64,000 bases of DNA from a virus. The number at the start of each line of letters is the position of its first letter. Positions within the stretch are counted from its first letter, which is position 1. The notes below the pieces were generated by a model. The model searched no databases. It was not told the DNA's origin and worked only from the letters and a program-made list of their open reading frames with translations. Shown piece by piece: positions 1-10,017 of this stretch. A program made the translations under genes and the position numbers. The stretch lies in IMG/VR virus record IMGVR_UViG_3300020190_000008; one strand, 5' to 3'.

Positions 1-131
1 TTAATTGAAGGTCTTGAAGCACTTTCAACAAACCATTCGTTTATTCCCAAACTAGAAGGAAATCTTAAGATAAACCTGTTCTGTCTTTTCGGTTCATAAG
101 GAACTGGCATTTTCATTAATAAATCAGCCAT
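1..131 (-). CDS. Tail tube protein (T4 gp19-like), N-terminal fragment running off the window
   Basis: Manual translation from ATG at 131: MADLLMKMPVPYEPKRQNRFILRFPSSLGINEWFVESASRPSI; EPKRxNRF start typical of large-myovirus tube proteins; downstream of the sheath gene; not in ORF track. Confidence 0.8.
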   Translation of the reverse strand, partial: MADLLMKMPVPYEPKRQNRFILRFPSSLGINEWFVESASRPSI

Positions 132-259
132 AATTTTTATTTTTTAATTTAATGTTTATTTTTCTTTTTTTGATAAATATATCGATATTAGGAATTTTTC
201 TATTTACTTTCAGTTTTTTTCAAATTATATATCCTATTATAAATATTACTTAATTAATA

Positions 260-1093
260 TTAATACTGTTTTTTTTCTCCCCCTGCTGTTAAATAAGTTT
301 TTAATATATTATCTTCTTTTTTATCAAAATGTTTTTTCATAGATTCTACGTTTCTTACATCATCATCTGAAAATCCAATAAAAGGTGTAAAGTAATTTTT
401 AATTTTATTTTTCATCATACTTTTTGATTGTAGATTCTTTGAAGTAAGCTTAACGTAATCTACAAATTCTTCCATCGCATCAATCTTGGCTTGTTCAGGA
501 TTTGTTTCCGAACCTTCACCGAAAGATACAGGATAAAATCTACACATATCAAGATATGATCTAATTAGTTGATCCTTTGTTAATTTATCTTCATCAGCCA
601 AATTTCTATACTTTAATAAATTTTTAGCTAACTGGTTTGAATCAATACCATGTATATTTTTTTTAATTAAATTATATACAGCTTGTTTTAAAATACTTGG
701 TGTGTGTCCTCTTGCTGTTACAATTGAAAAAATAGAGCCGTTGTTTATGGCTTCCACAAAATCTGACCATGCAGGTCCAGTAGGAGCTTTCATCACATCT
801 TCTAAGAATTTCTTATCACCGGTCACCCTAAAATCCCTAAACGGGTTTTTATCAAAACCGACAATTGTATGACCTTCATATTCTAAGTCTTCATTTCCAA
901 TTTCTGTTCTGTATTCGGCAAAATCTTCTGTTGACATACCCACTGATTTCCCTTCACTATCCTTCAAATAAATTTTTGTTGGCATATACATAAGATTGTC
1001 ATCCCAATCAAATGCGTAGTATTTCATAACTGGTGTATGAGCATCATCAATAATTTCATTGATGATTTGTCTAACTAAATTTTTATAATTCAT
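260..1093 (-). CDS. HAD-superfamily phosphatase-like protein with 'RQIINE' leader
   Basis: HAD motifs FDWDDNL, IVTARG, GFSDDD; start moved to MNYKN (1093) because the longer ORF runs through a terminator hairpin and a TATTTAT motif lies just upstream of 1093. Confidence 0.65.
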   Translation of the reverse strand: MNYKNLVRQIINEIIDDAHTPVMKYYAFDWDDNLMYMPTKIYLKDSEGKSVGMSTEDFAEYRTEIGNEDLEYEGHTIVGFDKNPFRDFRVTGDKKFLEDVMKAPTGPAWSDFVEAINNGSIFSIVTARGHTPSILKQAVYNLIKKNIHGIDSNQLAKNLLKYRNLADEDKLTKDQLIRSYLDMCRFYPVSFGEGSETNPEQAKIDAMEEFVDYVKLTSKNLQSKSMMKNKIKNYFTPFIGFSDDDVRNVESMKKHFDKKEDNILKTYLTAGGEKKQY

Positions 1094-1115
1094 ATTAATA
1101 AATATTACATAAAAT

Positions 1116-1140
1116 AAAAAATGGGGATCAATGACCCCCA
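1116..1140 (-). terminator. Rho-independent terminator after the sheath gene
   Basis: Minus strand TGGGGGTCATTGATCCCCA hairpin followed by a T-run. Confidence 0.7.
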
Positions 1141-1162
1141 CTTTATAATAACCTTTAATTTA

Positions 1163-4100
1163 TTATACATCATCAAACGACGCACCAGTTGGTGTAATGT
1201 AGAATGTGATATCAATAAATTCTAAAGATTTTGTTGGTTTGATGTAGATTTTACCTACCATCTGATTTTTATCCAAATCTTCTGTATCATTAGATACTGT
1301 TACTCGGAAATCATATAAACCTCTATCTCTTCTAATTGAATCTAAGATTGGGTTAACAGCATTCAAGAAGTCTTGTCTTACTTGTTGGTCGTTTTGGTCA
1401 AACAACAATCTTACAGAAACAGCGGAAATCAATTTACGAGCTTGTAATAACAATCTTCTTACATTGATTCTATCAAGTGCTGATTCTCTTACTTGAAGTG
1501 TTTTGTTACCCCATATTACGGTACCTACATCAGCAAATGTTGCAATTGGGTTAATTCTTCCAAGGTAAAGAACATCTCTATCTTCTTGTGTTAACTTCTT
1601 ACGGGCTTTAATTGAATTAACAATACCACGAGTATAACCAGCAGCCGCAAACCAAGGGAATGCAATGTTGTCAGTTAATGCTAAGTTTCTTGTTACTTCA
1701 GCCGTTGCTGGAATATAGATTTGTGTGTTATTAACACTATCTCTTGTTAACACCCAAGGATAATATGTTGCAGTATAGTTTGAATCGATTCCAGTTTCTT
1801 CTAACAAATCAACAGCTTCTTGAGGGTAGATAAAGTTATCACCATCAGTTGTTGATGCAACGAACATTTGATAATCTGGCATTGTTGTGATATACAATGA
1901 ATCAGCTCTTTCATTTTCAACCATATCGATTGTTTTTTCAACTAAATCACTATTATTATATAAATCAATACCTGGTGTTGTGAATACATTGATGTTTACA
2001 GCTTCTGGATTAGCAAAAGTTCTAATACCTAATAAGTAAGCATAATAATCTGTATTTCCATATTCAACAGAACCATCACCGATTGCAATTTGTTTAAATA
2101 AACCATTACCTTTTCCTTTAGGGAATCTTAAAGAAGAACAAGCACCATTTAAGAATCCTGTCCTACCTAATGTGTATTTATCAGCATTTGTTCTATATTC
2201 TCTGTATATATCCCAACCATCAAATCCACCATAAACCATAACCGTGAATTTTCTTGAATTTAATCTGTAGTAAGGATCTGTTGGGTCTGTTGGTTCAGAA
2301 GAGAACGAAGCGTCTCCAACTTCAAATGCTGTAGTACCACTTGATGCGAAAGCACCTGAAATTGTAATACCACTCGCAAATTGGTCCATATGGAAACCTT
2401 TAGTCTTGAAATCCCAATCAAATGGTTCCCCAGTACATAGATTAAATGGTTTTCTTTTTCCTTTATATTGGAAGAAGTCGGTATCAACACCCCAATAAGA
2501 ACTAAGACCTAAATAAGTTCTTCTAATGTTATCACCAGGACTTGTGAACGCATCGTCACCACCACTTGATAAACCAAAAGGAGGGTTAAATACTAATTCA
2601 CCAGGGATAAAATATTTAGTCTTATAAACTGGGAATGGAGATTTTCCACCTGGATATTCTCTGAATGTATAACCTTCAAATCCACAAGGTATTGCATCAA
2701 TAGGCGCATCTTCGTTCATCTCAACAAGAACGTATCTTGATTTCAATTCATATTCACCATCTAATGTACCAATTTTTTTAGCAATAAAGTTATTTTCTTG
2801 AGGATTCATAGAACAATTAGTGAATTTTTCTAATACAACTGGGTTAGCATCAGTATCAAAATAATCTCTAATTAAAACAGTAAATGTTTCATTGTTAAAT
2901 GATAGGTCAGTTAATGAAATTTTAACTTCTGTGTTTGCACTATTACCGTCTGAAATTGTGTAAAACTTAAATAGATTATAAACTTTTGTACCTCTTAATT
3001 CTGAAACAACCCAAGGTGTGCTAGGTGATTGGAATTTTTCTAAGTAATAACCAATACTACTTAAATCATTACTTTGAGCACCTTCACTAACAACTAATTC
3101 AGCACTTAGACCTCTAATATAACCTTTACTCCAAGCATAGTTAAGTAGGTTTAAATAAGATTCTTCAACCATTAAAGGAACTTGAGTTCTTGGTTTTTCA
3201 AAGTTACCACGACCAAATACTTTGTTAATATTCTTAGCGTCGTTATTTGAAAGTGAAACTTCAAAAGCAAAATCAGTACCGTCATAGTTTGTAGCATTAA
3301 CACCAAATGGTAAAAATGGATTTTTAAGAACACCACTATATTGACCGGTCATATCTATAGTAACATCTGTTACACCTGTTACTTCATAAACTGGGTTTGT
3401 TCCGTCTGAATAAGGTGAAATACCTCTTGATCTTAATGTAGTAATAATCAAGTCATCGTATTCCGTAAACGATGTTCCAGTATAGTAATATATCATACCA
3501 ACAACTGAACCTGTAAAACACACATTTGGTGTTGGTGGAACGGTAGTTGTTGTTGTAGTTGGTAATATTGGGTCACAAATAAATTGTAAAGTTATAGTTA
3601 CATCATTAGGGTCTAATTCTGCTGGGTCACTAGATACTAAATTACTTATTGAACCAGTACCTGCTAATCTTTGGTAATCATCATTAGGGAAACTAACAAT
3701 TGTACAACCACTAACTTCACCAGCATCTATTGTAACTGAATCACTAATTAATATTGGCAATCCACTTGTTACATCAATTGTTGCATCAAATGATAATGTT
3801 ACGTCATTTGGAACTGGTAATGTTGATGATAAACAAAACTGAACAACAATTGATCCTGGTGCGACACTAACAACTAAATTGTAAGGACCAAAATTTCCAG
3901 TCGTTGTTGTAGTTGTTGTTGGTAATAACAACGGGTTAAAAGGATTTACCAAACTTGTATATACATTTGTTTGTTGTAAATTATCAACCGATGTAAAGAA
4001 TGAAAATCCAGAATATAAACTATTACCAGCATTTTGGAATAGTGCATAATACCAAGAATCATTTTGTGGTGAACTTGGGTCAGAATTTTCGAATACAACA

Positions 4101-4825
4101 TTATCAACAGCAAAAACATTTGTTTCAGCCGTGTAACCACCAGCATATAAACTATTATAATCAGCTTGAGGTATAGAACCAAAATATCTTATAAAATTAT
4201 TTTGTGCTGCAGTTGGGTTACTACTATTAATAACATCAGAAATTAAAGCATTAATTTGTGTTTGTAATGTAGATAAGTCCCCATCAAATTCTTCATAAGA
4301 AGAAGTTAATATGTTTTGAATGTCGCTTGGAAAGTTTGTTAAATAATTAACAAAACCAGTTTCCAAAGTACAAGCACTAAAATTAACTGTAAATGGTAAT
4401 TCTTTTTTAATTACACAAGCTGGTTCACATAAAACAGTACCAGCACTTAAACACCAATAATCTAGTGTCTTTGGGTCTAAGTTTGCTTTAGTCATTATAG
4501 ACCAAGAAGGTCCTGCGTCATAACCAGATAATCCTAAAATTCTGGTAACAAACAATTGATTAGATTGTTGTAGATACGCTTTAGCGATATATGCAGATTC
4601 GTATTTTGGAATCTGTGTGTTTACAAATTTTTCTGGTGATGTTCCACCAAAATATTGTTGGAATTCGTCGAAATTTCTTACAAAAATTGGTTCAAATGCA
4701 GGACCCTTAATTGTTTCTCCGGCGATTCCCAAGGTTGTAACACCAACACTTTGAGCGACAAAACTCAAATCAACTTCTGATGTATAAACCCCTGGTGATA
4801 CAAAAACTTTACTGTTAGTAGCCAT
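1163..4825 (-). CDS. Contractile tail sheath protein (1220 aa, with inserted domains)
   Basis: N-terminal FVSPGVYTSEVD; C-terminal PWFAAAGYTRG, RINPI, IWGNKTL, LDRINVRRLL, IYIKPTKSLEFI sheath signatures. Confidence 0.96.
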   Translation of the reverse strand: MATNSKVFVSPGVYTSEVDLSFVAQSVGVTTLGIAGETIKGPAFEPIFVRNFDEFQQYFGGTSPEKFVNTQIPKYESAYIAKAYLQQSNQLFVTRILGLSGYDAGPSWSIMTKANLDPKTLDYWCLSAGTVLCEPACVIKKELPFTVNFSACTLETGFVNYLTNFPSDIQNILTSSYEEFDGDLSTLQTQINALISDVINSSNPTAAQNNFIRYFGSIPQADYNSLYAGGYTAETNVFAVDNVVFENSDPSSPQNDSWYYALFQNAGNSLYSGFSFFTSVDNLQQTNVYTSLVNPFNPLLLPTTTTTTTGNFGPYNLVVSVAPGSIVVQFCLSSTLPVPNDVTLSFDATIDVTSGLPILISDSVTIDAGEVSGCTIVSFPNDDYQRLAGTGSISNLVSSDPAELDPNDVTITLQFICDPILPTTTTTTVPPTPNVCFTGSVVGMIYYYTGTSFTEYDDLIITTLRSRGISPYSDGTNPVYEVTGVTDVTIDMTGQYSGVLKNPFLPFGVNATNYDGTDFAFEVSLSNNDAKNINKVFGRGNFEKPRTQVPLMVEESYLNLLNYAWSKGYIRGLSAELVVSEGAQSNDLSSIGYYLEKFQSPSTPWVVSELRGTKVYNLFKFYTISDGNSANTEVKISLTDLSFNNETFTVLIRDYFDTDANPVVLEKFTNCSMNPQENNFIAKKIGTLDGEYELKSRYVLVEMNEDAPIDAIPCGFEGYTFREYPGGKSPFPVYKTKYFIPGELVFNPPFGLSSGGDDAFTSPGDNIRRTYLGLSSYWGVDTDFFQYKGKRKPFNLCTGEPFDWDFKTKGFHMDQFASGITISGAFASSGTTAFEVGDASFSSEPTDPTDPYYRLNSRKFTVMVYGGFDGWDIYREYRTNADKYTLGRTGFLNGACSSLRFPKGKGNGLFKQIAIGDGSVEYGNTDYYAYLLGIRTFANPEAVNINVFTTPGIDLYNNSDLVEKTIDMVENERADSLYITTMPDYQMFVASTTDGDNFIYPQEAVDLLEETGIDSNYTATYYPWVLTRDSVNNTQIYIPATAEVTRNLALTDNIAFPWFAAAGYTRGIVNSIKARKKLTQEDRDVLYLGRINPIATFADVGTVIWGNKTLQVRESALDRINVRRLLLQARKLISAVSVRLLFDQNDQQVRQDFLNAVNPILDSIRRDRGLYDFRVTVSNDTEDLDKNQMVGKIYIKPTKSLEFIDITFYITPTGASFDDV

Positions 4826-4856
4826 TGTCTTTATTTAATTTATTCATTTATTTTAA

Positions 4857-4908
4857 TATAAATATTAGTGTTTTCACTAAAAACTTTACTTATTATAAAC
4901 TATTTATA
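4857..4908. promoter_or_regulatory. Divergent pair of TATTTATA putative late-promoter motifs
   Basis: TATTTATA on minus strand at 4857-4864 (sheath) and on plus strand at 4901-4908 (small RHH-like gene); the motif recurs upstream of many genes. Confidence 0.6.
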
Positions 4909-4920
4909 TTTTGGTATGAT

Positions 4921-4942
4921 TTTTTTCTACCTTTTTTCTACC
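4921..4942 (+). repeat. Perfect 11-bp tandem repeat (TTTTTTCTACC)x2, putative operator
   Basis: Two exact copies ending 1 nt before the ATG at 4944. Confidence 0.6.
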
Positions 4943-4943
4943 A

Positions 4944-5108
4944 ATGTCAGAACAACCAAAAAAGATAAAAAATTTAAAGATTGATAAGGACGTTCACGAT
5001 GTCTTAAAAAAATATTGTGATAAACGTGGACTTAAAATGTATAAGTTTTTAGAAAGTTTAATTTTGGAAAAATGTAAAGAAAAAAAAGATATATACGGTG
5101 AAGATTAA
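4944..5108 (+). CDS. Small ribbon-helix-helix-like DNA-binding protein (54 aa)
   Basis: Manual translation MSEQPKKIKNLKIDKDVHDVLKKYCDKRGLKMYKFLESLILEKCKEKKDIYGED; strand-helix-G-helix RHH pattern; below ORF-track cutoff. Confidence 0.7.
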   Translation: MSEQPKKIKNLKIDKDVHDVLKKYCDKRGLKMYKFLESLILEKCKEKKDIYGED

Positions 5109-6142
5109 TTTAGGGCCTCAACGTAAACTAAACTAGCAGGTTGGGTTGCATCTAATCTAACAATTTGAAATAAAATTGTATCATTTGTGTTAATTTGTAT
5201 TTCAGTTAAATCATTCCCATAATAATCACCATTTATATAAACTTGGAACGAACTAATGTTATTTGATTGAGTTAGACTCATTTTAAATGTATAATTGAAT
5301 AATTCTTCAACCTCATCAGTTGTTACTGGAAATACAACATCATAAACCGTAGGCTCTGGTGGTTGACTTCTTTTTTGTCTTTTTTTCTTATACGGTGTTT
5401 CAGTTTCAAATATCTGGAACGATCTTGTTATTGCCGGACTAACTTCAAACTGGTCTTCATCAATTAAAAAACCCATCATTGTAAATTCATATTTTTGGAT
5501 ATAATATTTTCGTTTTTCCAAATCCATTACAGATTCATCAGAAATATTATTCATCTTAATTGGAATGTAATGTCCTTTAATTGTTTGGTATGCTTGTAAC
5601 GAAGAAAATTTTTCAATAACGGTCTGGTTAAATTTATTAACTTCACGCATTCTATTACATATAATCGCAACAGTATAGGTTATATCAACTGGAACCGGTT
5701 GAGGTATTTTGTAAATGTCGTAACCATTTTTATTACCATCCCAAGTAGGTACTTTAGCGTAAAAATATAATCTTCTATTTGGTATTGTATAAACTATCGA
5801 AGGGTTGTTACCATATTTAACTTCTGGTGTTCTAATTACAGTAATAAATGGCGGTTCAGTATTTTTATCTATGTTTTGAAAATCCCAAGTTTCTGTAAAT
5901 TGTGCCCAGTTTTGTGTTGTGATTAAAATATCAATCATAGGAATTGTCTTACCCTCAACAACACATTTTAATTCGTCACGTACAAAATCTAAAAATCCCC
6001 TATCCAAATCTGCGTGTAATAAACTTTTTGGTAAAAATGTTCCATCCGCTTCTATCATATCACGAAGTTCTCTTCTTCGTGGTAGAAGTGTTTTAGATTC
6101 TGTCAAAGGAATATATTTTTTAATTTTTTTTGGTAAACCCAT
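5105..6142 (-). CDS. Tail completion/sheath stabiliser (T4 gp15-like) with C-terminal extra domain
   Basis: PQPVPVDITYTVAI...REVNKFNQ pattern; located between neck gene and sheath. Confidence 0.65.
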   Translation of the reverse strand: MGLPKKIKKYIPLTESKTLLPRRRELRDMIEADGTFLPKSLLHADLDRGFLDFVRDELKCVVEGKTIPMIDILITTQNWAQFTETWDFQNIDKNTEPPFITVIRTPEVKYGNNPSIVYTIPNRRLYFYAKVPTWDGNKNGYDIYKIPQPVPVDITYTVAIICNRMREVNKFNQTVIEKFSSLQAYQTIKGHYIPIKMNNISDESVMDLEKRKYYIQKYEFTMMGFLIDEDQFEVSPAITRSFQIFETETPYKKKRQKRSQPPEPTVYDVVFPVTTDEVEELFNYTFKMSLTQSNNISSFQVYINGDYYGNDLTEIQINTNDTILFQIVRLDATQPASLVYVEALN

Positions 6143-6144
6143 TA

Positions 6145-6657
6145 TTAAAGTGCTCTAAATTCATTAGGTCCGACTGGTGCCGCAACAATTGTTTTATAAA
6201 AAGGACGATAACCTTTATATGTATGTTTAAAATCAGATATTACTCTACCGTCATTTACAACTGTGTAATACCTAACAAAATTTTCTGAATCATAATACCC
6301 AACATAATCCCCAAGGTCAATATCTATTCCCAATTCTTCAAGTGTCTTTAAATAAACAGAAATTGTAATGTTCCCAGGTTCTAACTGAACATTTTTAGTT
6401 GACCCAACATTTTTATTTTCTGGTGTTGCAATTTGTACAAAAGCGTTAAATTCAATAGGTGGTAAAAATTTAACACCATCCGAAACAGTTTCACCATAAA
6501 CATCATCTGTTTTTGTCTTTAATTTATCAACTTTATAAAGAACACAAGTGAAGTTCATATCACCAATTAGCCATTCCTGACCCATTTCTATTTCAAGGTT
6601 AAAGTCACTATCACCAAAAAATTTACCTAATCTTGTTATTGGAACTCTATTCTGCAT
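6145..6657 (-). CDS. Neck/head-completion protein (T4 gp14-like)
   Basis: LYKVD..KTKTDDVYGE motif; size and synteny. Confidence 0.65.
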   Translation of the reverse strand: MQNRVPITRLGKFFGDSDFNLEIEMGQEWLIGDMNFTCVLYKVDKLKTKTDDVYGETVSDGVKFLPPIEFNAFVQIATPENKNVGSTKNVQLEPGNITISVYLKTLEELGIDIDLGDYVGYYDSENFVRYYTVVNDGRVISDFKHTYKGYRPFYKTIVAAPVGPNEFRAL

Positions 6658-6716
6658 TTTGTTTATTTATTGATAAATATTGTTTTTATTATTATTTTTA
6701 TGTATAACTTTGAATT

Positions 6717-9578
6717 TTGGAATTACAAAAACAATTAATAGAATACAAAGCTCTTGATTTATTGGATTCATATAGTGGTGCCAATAACCATATTTTGTAT
6801 ATGAAAACCAAAAAGGAAACTAATAAAAAGTTTTATCCCACAAGAACCCAAGCCGAATACGTTGTTGCGTATTTTGATACAAAACCAAAGGTTGCTCGTA
6901 AATGGGTTGAGTTAGATCCTTACTTTGCAAAGAAGTTCGCCCAAGAAAGATATTTGTTTGAAACTCCGGAAAAAGTTTATATTGAAAAATTACTTGTTGA
7001 AAAAGATAAGTCATATCATATCTGGGGTAAATTTTTTGAAAAAGATAATTTATCTGAGTTTTGGGTACCTAAATCATCTTTAATTAAATCACAAACGGTA
7101 GATGAGGTTATTATTGATTATTCTAAATACAATCATAGACCACCACTTTCACATCAAAAAGAAGCAATAGAAAAACTTGTTGGGTCCAGAAGATTTATTT
7201 TGGCAGATGATATGGGGCTTGGGAAATTTTTACCCATAAAAACACCAGTTTATACACCAACAGGAACTAAAAAAATCGGTGACATTAAAATTGGTGATAA
7301 GGTTATTGGTAGTGACGGTAAATCCCATAATGTTATTGGTGTATTCGCACAAGGAATAAAGGAAACATATAAAATCACATTTAATGATGGGTTTTCAATT
7401 TTAGCTGGTGACGAACATTTATGGTCTGTGTCATCACCCAATTATGGTAAAAATAGAAAAAACGAAAGACTAAAAAAATCTTTAGTTTTATCAACAAAAC
7501 AAATGTATGAGGGTGGCAAAATTAAAATTAAAGGGGTTGGACACAATAAAAATAAAGAGTATGAAATTGAAACACATTATAAACACTCAAATGGTAATAA
7601 TAAGTGGCAAATACCAATCGTTGACCCAATTCAATTTGAACGGGGTGATATTCTTCCGATAGATTCTTATTTATTAGGTCTTGGATTAGGTGACGGTTCG
7701 TTTAGTCAAAAAAACATTAGATTTTCGGTACATAAAGATGATTATGACGATATGTTTGAGTCATTTCCATTGAATGAACATAAAACAAGGATTAATCAAA
7801 GGGGTGGGGGTATTAATGTTGGTACTTCCTTGTATGATTTAGGTATTGAACATACACGGTCTCAAACTAAATTTATTCCAGAAATATATAAATATTCCTC
7901 AATTGAAAATAGGTTAGCAATTCTACAAGGATTAATGGATACTGATGGACATTGTATGTTTAATGGAAGTGGGAAGTTTTTAGGGATTGAATTTTCTACT
8001 ATATCAAAACAACTATGTGATGATGTTGTTGAGATTGTTCAAACATTAGGTGGTATTGCTAGAGTCAAAACTCGTATTCCAACCTATACTTATAATGGCG
8101 AAAAAAAGAAAGGTAAGTTAGCATATAGGGTTAATATTAAATTACCAAAGGGTATGAACCCATTTAGATTAAAACGAAAAGCCGAAAGGTATGTTGAACC
8201 AACAAAATACCCAACCGGTAGATATATTAAAAATATTGAAAAGGTTGGTTTTGAAGATAGTGTTTGTATTTCTGTTGATTCTCCAGATAAATTATATGTC
8301 ACAGAACATTGTATTGTAACCCATAATACAACCTCAACAATTATTGCAGCTTTAGAAACTGGAGCAAAGAAAATTTTGATTGTTTGTCCAGCATCACTTA
8401 AAATAAATTGGGAAAGAGAAATTGCAAATTATTCAAATAGAACCTGTTATATTGCAGAAGGTAAAAAATTCTCAACTGAAGCTGATTTTGTTATTGTTAA
8501 TTATGATATTTTAAAAAACTTTCATAGTAAAGATGACAAAGAAAATTCATTATTATTACAATCAAATTTTGAACTTGTAATTTTAGACGAGGCTCATATG
8601 GTTTCAAATGCCCAGGCCCAAAGAACAAAACTTATAAATGATTTTGTAAAAAATATTAAAAGAGTTTGGTTATTAACTGGTACACCAATGACATCAAGAC
8701 CAATTAACTATTATAATTTATTAAACATTATTGAAAGTCCTGTTGCACAAAACTGGATGGCTTATGCTATTCGTTATTGTCAAGGTTTTCAATTCAGAGC
8801 GGGGAATAGAAAAGTTTGGAATGTGACCGGAGCGTCAAACCTAGAAGAATTAAGAAATAGAACATCAAAACAAATTTTAAGAAGGTTAAAAGAAAATGTT
8901 TTAGATTTACCAGAAAAGATAATCACACCAGTTTATCTAAGGACATCATCAAAAGAATATAAAGATTTAATGGGTGAGTATTATCATTGGCTAAAGAATA
9001 AAACTGATGAATCTTCATCCCTTACAGTTCAGTTTTCAAAACTTATGAAAGTAAGAAAAGTAATTGCAAATGAAAAAGTAAAAGATACAATTGAGTTCGC
9101 ACAAAACATTATAGACCAAGGAAAAAAATTAATTATATTTACAAACTTTACAGACACACTACAACTAATTCATAATCACTTTGGTAAAGAATCGGTATAT
9201 CTAGATGGTAGTTGTAATAAAGTACAAAGACAGTATGCTGTTGACCAATTTCAGGAAAATGAAAAGATTAAAGTTTTTGTTGGTAATTTGAAAGCAGCAG
9301 GTGTTGGTCTTACTCTAACAGCGGCCGAAGTTGTAATTATGAATGATTTATCTTTTGTTCCAGCAGAACACGCACAAGCTGAAGATAGGGCTTATCGTTA
9401 TGGTCAAAAAAATAATGTGTTAGTTTATTACCCAATTTTTGAAAACACAATCGAAGGCGTGATTTACGATATACTAAATAAAAAGAAAAAAGTAATTGGT
9501 ACCGTTATGGGTGATGAACTGCAAGAATCTGGTGACGTTGTTGAAGAAATTTTAAATTTAATAAATAAAAAAAGATAA
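6717..9578 (+). CDS. SNF2-family (SMARCAL1/HARP-like) helicase precursor containing an intein
   Basis: LADDMGLGK|T Walker A split by intein, VCPASL, ILDEAH, LTGTP, AGVGLTL, QAEDRAYRYGQ; TTG start. Confidence 0.93.
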   Translation: MELQKQLIEYKALDLLDSYSGANNHILYMKTKKETNKKFYPTRTQAEYVVAYFDTKPKVARKWVELDPYFAKKFAQERYLFETPEKVYIEKLLVEKDKSYHIWGKFFEKDNLSEFWVPKSSLIKSQTVDEVIIDYSKYNHRPPLSHQKEAIEKLVGSRRFILADDMGLGKFLPIKTPVYTPTGTKKIGDIKIGDKVIGSDGKSHNVIGVFAQGIKETYKITFNDGFSILAGDEHLWSVSSPNYGKNRKNERLKKSLVLSTKQMYEGGKIKIKGVGHNKNKEYEIETHYKHSNGNNKWQIPIVDPIQFERGDILPIDSYLLGLGLGDGSFSQKNIRFSVHKDDYDDMFESFPLNEHKTRINQRGGGINVGTSLYDLGIEHTRSQTKFIPEIYKYSSIENRLAILQGLMDTDGHCMFNGSGKFLGIEFSTISKQLCDDVVEIVQTLGGIARVKTRIPTYTYNGEKKKGKLAYRVNIKLPKGMNPFRLKRKAERYVEPTKYPTGRYIKNIEKVGFEDSVCISVDSPDKLYVTEHCIVTHNTTSTIIAALETGAKKILIVCPASLKINWEREIANYSNRTCYIAEGKKFSTEADFVIVNYDILKNFHSKDDKENSLLLQSNFELVILDEAHMVSNAQAQRTKLINDFVKNIKRVWLLTGTPMTSRPINYYNLLNIIESPVAQNWMAYAIRYCQGFQFRAGNRKVWNVTGASNLEELRNRTSKQILRRLKENVLDLPEKIITPVYLRTSSKEYKDLMGEYYHWLKNKTDESSSLTVQFSKLMKVRKVIANEKVKDTIEFAQNIIDQGKKLIIFTNFTDTLQLIHNHFGKESVYLDGSCNKVQRQYAVDQFQENEKIKVFVGNLKAAGVGLTLTAAEVVIMNDLSFVPAEHAQAEDRAYRYGQKNNVLVYYPIFENTIEGVIYDILNKKKKVIGTVMGDELQESGDVVEEILNLINKKR
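7227..8327 (+). mobile_element. Intein (367 aa) with LAGLIDADG endonuclease, class 3 signature, Phe at position 1
   Basis: Inserted between GK and T of Walker A; block B GDEHLW, LAGLIDADG-like LLGLGLGDG and LQGLMDTDG, block F VCISV, terminal VTHN followed by Thr. Confidence 0.92.
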
Positions 9579-9616
9579 TTTCATTTTATTTTATATATTT
9601 ATTAAATAAAAATATT

Positions 9617-9949
9617 ATGAAAAAAGTAATAAGATTAACAGATTCAGATTTTGCTCGTATTGTCAGACGAGTTATAAATGAAGAAGAAATGAACTTAAGT
9701 TCTGTTGGTAAACTTGGAGAAATTGAGGGTGTTTCAGATATTCCGGAATGTAGTACAAATAGTGAAACTTTTAATTCTGCGGCTTGTTTATCTTCAGCTA
9801 TGGATAAACTACCGTTTAACACTTTTGTTAAAGAGTTTTTTCCAACATTCCAAGAAATTGCAGATGTAACTAAAACACCACTTCAGACAACATCAATGAA
9901 TTTACCAAATGTTACGGAAAGTAGAAGAAAAAAATATAGAGGATATTAA
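9617..9949 (+). CDS. Hypothetical protein with MKKVIRLTDSDFARIVRRVINEE leader (probable virion head protein)
   Basis: ORF track; own TATTTAT motif at 9596-9602 and downstream terminator. Confidence 0.7.
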   Translation: MKKVIRLTDSDFARIVRRVINEEEMNLSSVGKLGEIEGVSDIPECSTNSETFNSAACLSSAMDKLPFNTFVKEFFPTFQEIADVTKTPLQTTSMNLPNVTESRRKKYRGY

Positions 9950-9967
9950 TCATTTATTAATTCACAT

Positions 9968-9994
9968 AACCCCACCTTAAAAGTGGGGTTTTTT
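9968..9994 (+). terminator. Rho-independent terminator
   Basis: AACCCCAC-CTTAAAA-GTGGGGTT followed by TTTT. Confidence 0.85.
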
Positions 9995-10017
9995 GTTTTA
10001 AATTATATTTATATCAT

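Noticed and set aside
1094-1141. N-terminal extensions in the ORF track (1141, 16609, 24668, 37765, 49064, 55185, 62940)
   Set aside because: They run through terminators, promoter motifs or neighbouring genes, or begin at weaker non-ATG codons; downstream ATGs fit better
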